From the NCBI GenBank assembly GCA_050084515.1, contig CM114271.1, positions 15,376,001-15,440,000 of the forward strand: DNA of 64,000 nucleotides. Reading direction: 5' to 3'. The position numbers were made by a program, and so were the translations under genes. The DNA is from Blasia pusilla. Its lineage: Eukaryota. Shown one piece after another: positions 38,401 through 48,270 of the stretch. The notes beneath the pieces were generated by a model that was not told the DNA's origin, ran no database searches, and saw only the letters and a program-made list of their open reading frames with translations. Positions within the stretch are counted from its first letter, which is position 1; each line of letters starts with the position of its first letter.

Positions 38401-39669
38401 GTCCATTTCCTTCCTGCTGCAGTGGCAGCTATGAATACACACACTTGTGAGGTCCTCAAGGAGCCTGTGCTGGAACCTTGCCAGGTTAGATTGAAGCGTT
38501 ACTTGGAGATGAGAGGAGCAGATGGGGGTCCCTGGAAACGGTTGTGTGCTCTGCCAGCTTTCTGGGTGAGTGAACTATTGCTTCCATTCTCACATTCCGT
38601 TTTTAAGGTTATGGGTCAGAGACTTGTCATTATCTCAAAGTGAGAGTGTGGGTTTAAAGAGCTTGTATGTCGGTCTTCTGATCACACTTCGTTGGCAGGC
38701 AGAATTGATTTTTTCTGATGCGCTTAACCTAACTTTTGTGAGTGTTGATGGACCAGGTGAGTTTGCTATCTTGTACACAGCAATTAGAATGGAAAGATGG
38801 ACTGGGATCGAACTTCTAACGTAAATTGTTGCAGGTAGGATTGCTTTATGACGATGAATCGTTGCAAGGAGCATTGGATATCATTAGTGACTGGACTGAG
38901 CGTGAACGCGCTATGCTTAGAACAAAGGTGCATAAATATTTTGACCCGTCACTATCTTAAATAACAATGGGTTTTTTGGACAGATTGAATTCTAGTGGCA
39001 TAGAATGTATCACCATCAATCTTCTCCCTTAGTAGAGAAGATTTCCCCTTCCAGTTTCCTAGTAGAGACTTTGCTTTCAACTGTGAAATTCTATCTAGAA
39101 TTCAGCACCGGTTGGGTTGCACTTCTATCAAACTATGAATTTCGCCCATTGTCTTCTTTCCACTTTCAGGTACCAAAGATGGGTTTGCAGACCCCATTCC
39201 GGGATGGTCTCTTAAAGCATGTGACTCAAGACGTTTTTGCTTTAGCTAAGGTAAATCGATTGTTTTCTAATATTATCTTCGGAAGACAATGATCTCAGCT
39301 GCCACACGCGTTTCGTTCAGTCGTGTATTCTGATTTGATGGGTCTTAAGTTTCTTTCATCTTGTGGATGCAGGAGGGCCTTCGTCGAAGAGGTTATAAGG
39401 AAGTTAGCTTTTTGAATGAAATTGAGGAAACTGTAAAATCAGGTTTGCTTTTTTTTTTTTCTGGCCAATGTTTTACATTTTGAAGTGAACTATTTGTGAC
39501 GAAGTAAGTAATTTTGAGATTTGTGGACTTCCTCACAATGCTTTCGTATATCACTGATTACATGTTTACCTTAACTGCAGGGAAGACGGTTTCGGAAAAG
39601 CTTTTGGAAAATTACCATGGCAAGTGGGGGGGTAGCATAGATCCTGTTTTTGAAGAGCTCTTATACTAG
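35404..39669 (+). CDS. GSH1: Glutamate-cysteine ligase (gamma-glutamylcysteine synthetase), plastid-targeted. 15 exons: 35404-35726, 35968-36118, 36274-36381, 36507-36599, 36772-36855, 36972-37040, 37219-37289, 37701-37769, 37922-38015, 38249-38338, 38485-38565, 38835-38927, 39170-39250, 39373-39442, 39581-39669
   Basis: Transit-peptide-like N-terminus, then [99 protein letters not shown] and C-terminal DPVFEELLY*. All introns are GT-AG and the exons sum to 1566 nt in frame. Confidence 0.96.
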
Positions 39670-40335
39670 ATAAGCAGCTCTTGTCGATATTAGACCCTCA
39701 TAGGCACGCATCGTTTGTTTCTAGGTCACCATCATGGTCCTATTTTTTGCGGTTGCACAGGTTACGGAGAGTAGATTGGTGATTTCTTCGGGTGCCCAGT
39801 GCCCTGCCCACTGCAATATGTTTGTGCTCGCCTCTCTATATTCCACGAGTGTGTAGATCTCAATGGGAAGCAATGTTCGACAGGGCTCCTCCAAATTGGA
39901 CGTCCCTGTGGTGTATGGGTGTTTATATAGATGCCTTCTTTTTTCCAACCACATCATCTGTTGAATGTGGCCGCTTATGACCATGGAATGTTCTTCAAGT
40001 AAGAATTCCGACGTGACAACTGAATTGTCAAGCTGAAGATTATGAACAGAGGTTAGTTCTCCAGGGGATGATGGTGGTACTCAGTTTCCTTTTCAATTTC
40101 AACTCACTGGACATTACACACCTGTCCCCTCCAGAACTCTTCACAGTTTTGTTGCCAGAGACATCCACTGTTATAATCAGTTTCTGAAATGTGAAAGATT
40201 CGATTCGATTCTACTTCACATCCCCACCCTAGAACTAGTCTCTCGGGAGCGCTGCATCTCGAAGGCCAAAGTCAATAATCAGCAGTCTCTTGCTATTTCA
40301 AAATGTGGAGCTGAAATCATTGTGTCCAGTTCAAT

Positions 40336-40376
40336 GAACTCGTAAGGTGGCCCAAGAGGGGCCACCTTACGAGTTC
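40336..40376. repeat. Perfect GC-rich hairpin, 18-bp arms, 5-nt loop, ~670 bp downstream of the GSH1 stop
   Basis: GAACTCGTAAGGTGGCCC-aagag-GGGCCACCTTACGAGTTC. Confidence 0.9.
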
Positions 40377-41660
40377 TATGCTAGGGTTGCGTAATAACTT
40401 TTTGAATGGATACTAGAAAATTGGGGGTGTGTATGTCTGGAGGAAATAATTTATTCCACAGTTTGTGATCATAAGTAAACAGAATAAAGACTGAAATATT
40501 GACTGTCTTTATTTTGGCAAGCCCTGTGGGTTTCATATTCAGCCAATGTTTGATATGTTCTAAAATCAGGTATATGGGAAAGAGATGCTTGTGTGGGTTG
40601 AACCCTTAACTCATTGTGCTACTGCAGTCCAAAGTACTACTGTAAGTAAGTAAAGCGCCCCCCTGAGACAATATATTAAAAGTGAGGATGTGGCACATTT
40701 AAGGAGCACAACAAAAATTGGTCTATCTACGGGGTGTCATAGAAGACACTGGGATGTATAAGGGGTATGTAAGTGGCAAGGGATGGGAAACCTTAAGCTG
40801 TTTTGCTACTTACATATCTATGGATTCCATCACCATGTCCACTTTCATTTGGTGGTTTGCATCTGACCTTGTGTCTTCCATGTGCAGCCTCTTTTTTATT
40901 ATTTTCTAACATTGAAACCAAAAAATTATATGCACTTTCAATTATTGAGTAAAAATCAGACATTTTATGTTTTTGAGAAGTCTCTCTAGGAAGCTGAATT
41001 TTGGTGATTTGGCAGGGGCCACATTGACCACAAGTGATGAGGAGTGATACTTGCTCTCTTTTTTTCCACTAATGAGTGCGCTCTTTTGGAAATGGCTAGG
41101 GTACATGCAGATACGTCAGATGGGTGGTCATAACCAAAATTCACCCATGGCCCCTCTACGCAAAATCTTACATATTATGTTATTTCCTTTCTTTCTCTTC
41201 TTTCGATGTTTGGTATTGTAATAAAATGGATTTACAACAATTTTCTCCAATGAGGGACTTTGCAATCATTTGGTAGGGCTTTTATGTCAGCGTATGGCCT
41301 CGCTGTGTGGAGCCACCACAAATGGGTAGTCACAATTAGAGCTCACTCTTACTTTGTCGAGTGTGTAAAGTATTATCATATGGCAAGCACTTCTTCTATC
41401 GGTTCCATGCGAAAAAAACTACCAAGGACATGAATAAAAAGGATGGAAGTATCCTTCGCAAGTGAATAACTCAAGGGCTGTATTCAGCCGGTGAGAAGAA
41501 AAGAGGCTGTACTTGGAGAAATGAGAATGAGAGAACAAGATTTGAAAAACTAAAGAAATTTAACCCTTAGTCATTAGAGGTGTGAAATTAAAAATATAAA
41601 CACCCTCCCTCCCCCCTTAGTACATACCTTCTTTTCTCTTAACTACCCCCTTGTCGTTTT

Positions 41661-42065
41661 CAAGGTTGCGTATTGACAAGGTCCATGTTCGTGGACTTAC
41701 GTGTGTATTAGGAAAAGGCTTGTCCACATGGGCCCCATCTTACTCTTCTTTCTCATCCCCTCTGCTTGCCTCCATGTTCTGCACTTTCCCATTTCTTTCT
41801 TCCTCCACCTCTAATCCCTCCCCTCCTACTACCCCATCCACCCTACCTTGCCTTTCACCACAAGCCATAAGTGTGGGCCTCACCTTTTGCAATCCATGTC
41901 CCTGGACATATCCATACTTGTCCGTCCATGTTCACCCTTCGGACGGACTTGTCGGTTTTTTCGCAAAACATGCTCATTTTTTATTCTTTTTTACCTTAAA
42001 AGGACACGAGACACGTCACTTCAACTCACTTGTATACAAGTCGTGAATGGACATGTGTTAGCCTG
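41661..42065. mobile_element. Degenerate relative of the hAT-type MITE at 43046-43436
   Basis: Begins CAAGGTTGC and is rich in the same GTCCATG/GGACAT/GGACGGAC motifs. The right end and TSD are not clear. Confidence 0.4.
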
Positions 42066-42598
42066 AGAAAGAATCTCCTACAAGTCCATCATCTATTGAT
42101 AGTAAAAATATTACTACTTCAGTAGTATGTTGAGTTTTTTCGTGGATATTTATTAATTGTAATGACTTTCAAATTCATATGTAATCTTACCTAGATCCAA
42201 GTCCTCTTTCTTTTTTTTTTTTTTTCCTCAAGGGAGTAGTAGGAGGTTTCAAAAACCCCTGCATCTTGAGAAGTAATTCCGAGTTTGTATGTATGAAATG
42301 ACTTTGGGATTCTTAGAGTTTTGAGAATATGATCGGCTTCATGAAACTTATAAGATATTTTTAATATAATTAAATAGATCACATGTTGCTCCATCTATGG
42401 AGAGACTTTTTGTTGATTTATTTAAATAAAAAATTAATAATATATGGTATTGGAGAGAATATCTAAGCGCTATTCAAGCCAACCCTACTACCATTGTCAT
42501 AAACTTGAGTTACATACATCATCATAACACATAATGGGATGTAAAGGAGGTACCTACAAGACTTTCTACTCTTTCAACCTTTTGACTTACAATCTATA

Positions 42599-42990
42599 TT
42601 AGCATAAGCCTGTGTGGTGCACAGGTTTAAATTACTTCTCAAATGATAATTAATTCTCAAATGCCATTTTGAAAGAATTTGGAAGATCCTATTGGCTCAA
42701 AAGGCGAGTGATCCTATCGGTTGAAAGTGCCAAGTATCAAGAGAATAAGAGAGGATTTTGAAAAATGAAAGGGTACTCTCCAATAATAACATATCTATGC
42801 TATTATTGGAGGATGCCCTTTCCTTTTGAAAACTCCTCTCCTCTTGAGACTTCGAAGTTTTAACCAATAGGATCACTTGCCTTCTAAGCCAATAAGATGG
42901 CTTGAAAATTATTTAAAATAGCACTTGAAAATTTTAAGAGTTAACTATAGAAGGTAATGTAAACTCGTGCATCACACGGGCTTACATTAG
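42599..42990. mobile_element. ~390-bp imperfect palindrome formed by two mini-Helitrons joined head-to-head
   Basis: Centre CTCCAATAATAACATA|TCTATGCTATTATTGGAG. Each arm ends in a Helitron-type hairpin (CGTGCATCACACGGG / CCTGTGTGGTGCACAGG) followed by a decayed CTAG. Confidence 0.7.
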
Positions 42991-43045
42991 CAGATTATTA
43001 TTGCAGAGTACCCATTCAATTTTCAAACTTCTCTCCTCAAATTTG

Positions 43046-43436
43046 CAAGGTTGCAAAGAAACGGACATGTCTGTCCATGGGATGGACATGTCCACAAAAA
43101 TGCCACTTGGGTACTCGCGGCCTACCAAGCCCGTCGCATAGGCCGCGAGTACCCAAGTGGCATTTTTGTAGACCTTGGCTGGAGGAGCCCGCACCCATTT
43201 TGTGCAAGCTGAGGTGCGGGCCAAAGCCTGCCCAATGGGAGCCGAACTCGCCCTGCGGGCCTGCCGTGCGCTTGTGCAGGATGCACACGGGCCACAAAAT
43301 GGGTGAAGTCTCGGCGAGCCAGGTCTACGTAGCACTAGGGCCCGCACAAACATGCGACATTACATACCCGTCCCTAGGACGGACATAACTCCGCAGACAT
43401 GGACATGACCACATACTTTTTCCGAATGCAACCTTG
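43046..43436. mobile_element. hAT-type MITE, 391 bp, with an internal 31-bp perfect hairpin (43094-43169)
   Basis: TIRs CAAGGTTGCA / TGCAACCTTG, 8-bp TSD CAAATTTG / CACATTTG and repeated subterminal GGACAT/GTCC motifs. Confidence 0.8.
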
Positions 43437-44832
43437 CACATTTGGCATCTTTAACCACTTACAGTCTAGACACGTATTCTCGATAATTTAGAGTCAATTC
43501 TATAGTTGATCAAATTAGAGGTTGCTTTAGAATCCCTAAGGTAGATTTGGGGTCCATAATAGCCACAAGGGTAGATTTTGGGGTAAATCATTTGTTCAAA
43601 GCATTTACCAAGGTGATTTCTATGGCTTGGAAATTACCTTTGGATTTTCATAATTCTCCATTCACCACCCCTTTTCCTATGTGAATTTGATGAACAACCC
43701 TGATTAGCCCACATTTTATAAGCCACCATTATTACACCAACAGTTTTAGTGAACGACTTCTTGTGGTTTTCTAACATAGCATCATGTTTCATAGTCTTGC
43801 AACTTTAAGTACATATTTTCCACCGCGCCTCTTATATTGCTCTAGAGTGTTAGACAGTACCAAAAATGCTAGTTGTTTACAATAAAACAGTATACTCATC
43901 AATCAAATGGCTACCAATTATCTTAGTATTTAAAGGTAATCATTTGCATCCCTTTATTTATAAATCAAACCATTCTTTGAACATGCCTGATACATGACAT
44001 GACACATTTAGTTCCAATATGTATACATATTTCGAATTATAGATCAGCAGTGGTACACTAGCTGCAGTAAAAATTAGGTGGTTATGTAGGAGGACCTTTA
44101 CCCATACACTATCTGCCCAAATAGCAAAGGTTGTGTCCACAATGGTGTGCACTACTTCCGGATTTGTATATAACTACAAAAATCGTCGATACCTGTGACG
44201 TGTACAACACTTTGTAACAAGTGCAATATTTCACCAGCAGTTTATGTGGAAGGGAGTATCTAGGCAATCACAAACCGACCATTTTAGAAAACTAGTTGAT
44301 AGCATGAGTAACATGCTCAAAACAAGCCACATGTACCCAAAACGCATTTTGCAGCACTAAGCCTAAGAATCGGGCTATCAAATTAGAATAGTATAAACTT
44401 ATCAGAAAATATCTAGAACACGTCTTGTCACATCATGTTCTCATATTTAAGGTACAAAAATAAAACAATACACTTGCTCAGGCGAAATTTGTCATAAAAA
44501 GCATGAAAAATCCATTAGACTAAGAACAAGCTTCTTGTACATGGTTGCCAAGCAGTTATATGCTATTATGCACTAAAGCCAATAGGGCCAGCTTCACTAA
44601 ATGTTGAGAACTCGGTACAGGATCTGCATCTTGTGGTCACCCAATATCATCATATCTTCAGTTTATGACGTCCTGCAACTTAAAATCTATACACACCATA
44701 TCACACCCAACATGGTTGACATCTAAAAAGTGAAATAACATAAGCCTACGCTGTCTGTGCTAAGTACAGACTAAATTCAATTTATCAGGTTTTTTTACTC
44801 ATTTCCACAGCCGATACTGTAAATTAGTTAGT

Positions 44833-46593
44833 ATGGCTAGACCCAAAAGATTAGTAAGGCCCACGCTTAGGTTATTGTTTAGCAGACTAAGACTCAATCA
44901 ATGTAGACAGGTTGCAAGAGCAAGGGTCAGTTATTGCAGTAGGTTACGAACACAGCCAGACTGCGCAGCATGGCATGAAATCGAAGCCTTACTAAGAGGC
45001 TGGCAGACCATATGCGGCTCATTTGTTAGAGACATGAAATGCTTTGGGTATTGTGGATATTTTATAACAATAGTCAATTGAAAATGACTATTCACACATC
45101 GGACTCTTATCCACAATCTGTATTGTGAAATGGTTACATGACATATTACATTATATCCTCTCTTGGAAAATTTTATGTATGCACGCAGTGTGTTGGTGAA
45201 AACCGGATCACTGCACATAACGTGTATTTGACTCCTACGTACATACGAGATATACTAAATGTTGAACCACTTTACTTACAATTCCTCTCTCTAGAAGACT
45301 CAAGATTGGGGATTGAAACTAAGTACAACGGTTTCCATAGCGGTTTCTTCCAAGTTGAGTCTCTCATAGATTGCCCGCTAGTCGCCTGGGGATTTCAAGA
45401 TTTGTCTGGCACAGATTCAGATTTCCTATATCGTAAGGTCAAGAATGTACTCTTGGTGAATTTGAGAATAAACCAGTTATATTCACAATATGTACCTCTT
45501 ATTGAGTTGTATGATCCCACATGTGGCCTTGTGATCTTGCCATCTTCCTCTGTTGATCCAATCTTGAAGGCATCGCAAGAAAAAGGCCAGGTAATCCATA
45601 GCATGACAATTGATCCTTACAGTGAAGAGCTGAATGTGTTACAAGACGTATAGTATTTGCTGCCCGTTAAAAGACGCCATTCGTATGATATATTCCATAG
45701 TGGCAGTGTTATCTTTAGAGAATAGGCACATATCCGGGAGCAATTTCTTAGTGATAGGAATGGTATTTGTGCAGACACAAAACTCACTATTGAGACTAGA
45801 ATTTTTCTATTCTTATTCCCATACCTCAGAGGATACTACACTAGCCAGTTGTCTTTCGTTGATTACCTTAAGAGTCGTGTCAAGCAACTTTTTAGTGTGT
45901 TTACCTTATACAAGCCTTACTTACTTATAATACAACAGTTTTTCCAATCTATAACGCTGGCCACACGAACTCGATCATGCATTTTAAACAGAGAACTTGA
46001 CCAGCTGAAACAAAAGTACCCCGGACTAAGTGACCAAGAACTATACTCCCATCTATCTCGATATAGTATCAATGCAAAGATTCTGGGCAGCCCAAGCTGG
46101 CACCATCGGCATCTTAGGGACCTGAAAGCCATGGTGAGAAAATGGAGTATGCCTGATTTTTTTCAGACCCTTACCTCAGACGAAGTGTCTGACACAAGAT
46201 GGGCTAAAATTGCAGATATTGAGTCCATTGTGAAAAAAATTAACCGCTCCTTTACATTGGCAAGATGCGCCTGCTGAATGTGCAGTACTTTTTCACACCA
46301 GGCTAATCATTCCTTCATAATTTTATTTTCCGTGAACCCTACAAATTTTTTTGGGGTACGCCATGATAGGCCATAAGAGTCAGGGAATGACAGTAAAAGG
46401 CAAGTGTTTGCTGCATATGAGATCGGCATTTTCAGTTGGCCTTGTCTATGAAATGTTATCACGTGTGCAAAGAAGGTCACATCTGACGATTTCTGGGGAA
46501 TCTCGTTCCTACAGATTTCAGAGTCTTTACAGACCAGGCATAACGTTGTTTGCGAGTGTTTCAAATCAATGGCAAGTAACAAGGGACCATTGA
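44833..46593 (+). pseudogene. Internally deleted Helitron RepHel: N-terminal Rep region fused to the C-terminal PIF1 helicase motifs
   Basis: ILGSPSWHHRHLRDLKAMVRKWSMPDFFQTLTSDE..W..I..WQDAPAECAVLFHTRL (Helitron_like_N type) is followed within ~60 bp by GYAMIGHKSQGMT...AFSVGLVYEMLSRV (PIF1 motifs V-VI). HUH/Y2 and helicase motifs I-IV are absent. Confidence 0.8.
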
Positions 46594-47635
46594 GAAGCCG
46601 TGCAAGAAGATCTGTTGTACCAACCACTCCTTCAAGTGGACCTGATTTCAGTGTGCAGCCAGCTGGGACACCGCAAACAAATACAATCTTACTTAGTGAT
46701 AGAAGCTCTGATGATATGCATAAGCCGACTCCAGCTTTACACGCCATGCAGAACCAGATGGATCAGCAAGCCATCCCGCTACTCAGATTTGTCCAAAATC
46801 TGCTGTACATTCGTTTCTAATATAGGTATTTGGTATGTCAAACTAACAACCATGTGTCTAGGTACCTAAGTCGTATTCAGACTTCACAAAGATGATTTTG
46901 GATTATGCCTACACTCCCCAACGAACCCAAAATTCAAATTGTTCCACCAACAAATGCCCAACTCAGATATACAAATAGTTTAGGCCTGGATTCTTCGCAC
47001 TGGTACGATGGTATTACAAGCAGAGAACTAAGTCGCATGATTGATCAACGAAAGGCAACCTCCAACAACAGGTTATTCAGATTTTATGTGCTTTATATAT
47101 TGGTATGCTTTACAGTTATTTAATTTCTTTGTCCCTAAGAACGTCTGCTTACCTTAACAATACTCTTCTACAAGAATTCAGAAGGAAGTGATGGCTCTTA
47201 AGGGCATTTATTTTAATGAGGCTGAGCTTACACGACAACAAGATGCAACCCATTTTTCCAGGCTCACAAACGGTATCAAAGCCGATCGGTTCCAAGAACT
47301 CCGTGTAATCATAAAGCTTCCAGTTGAGATGCTTATCACTCTGTCATCAGCCAAGGTTGCTCACCTCCTTGAACGCATGAAGGTTGCACGTGAGGCAAGA
47401 CCTATTGCTGATCAACCTCCAGACACTACCGGAAATTCTAGAGCACGCATCCACTTCGCAATATAGAGATGATCTCCTCCATACAAACCATTCAGCTCCA
47501 CCTCCTGTGAAGAGCAATACCGGCCTTTACCAAAATCCTAAGTTACCGGAGTCACCCAACCAAATGAAAGTGCATCTAATGCCAACAACATGAGATGTAT
47601 GTGCTATCTGCAAATTATCGTTTCCTCTTAACATT

Positions 47636-48270
47636 TATCGTGTGTATACACATCGCTACACAACATACATCGTTGTCACCGAACACACGCACGATCTCAT
47701 GCTAATTCATGGCATCCATACAACGAGACAAGAAATACCAAAATATCTTTAATAAAATAAGATTCAATCTCTCTCACAACACCATAGTTCTCACATGTGC
47801 GCATTCTCATATGTGTCTCTCAATGTCAAACTAAACCCACTCTCCTAATGAGAGGCTTGGATTACACACACAAGGTAAGTAAGACCATAGCTCCGCCGCT
47901 TCATGCCAAGAGGTTCAACGAAGAGAGAATGAGCTCTCAAGTTCTCTCTCCTTAAGGTATACCCCTCCCCTCTCCCAAGCTCTCTCCATGGTAACTTATG
48001 CTCCCAAGTCAGCCCCTTGGATCTTGACCTGATCTAGGAGGTCAATGGCCACTTACCAAAAATAGAAAATCGATCATATACTCAATATGGTAATTACCTA
48101 AAATAGTAAGTTCTTCAATATGGCTCCAAATGAGCCGAAACGAAGGGGAAACCTGTTCTCTCAAGTTTCCCAGGGCCTAGCAGGTCATCCTCGACCGTAC
48201 TGAATGTGTCCTCCACTACTCTCGAAGGCGCTCTACTAGATCTCACCGATCTATCCTAAAAGCCGTGACA
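47636..48270 (-). mobile_element. Solo LTR of the gypsy-related family (same as 14086-14799)
   Basis: TATCGTG...GTGACA termini and colinear with 14086-14799. Flanks CATT/CATC could be a TSD, but this is not unambiguous. Confidence 0.75.

Noticed and set aside
40336..40376. Rho-independent terminator
   Set aside because: Eukaryotic locus and no U-tract after the stem.
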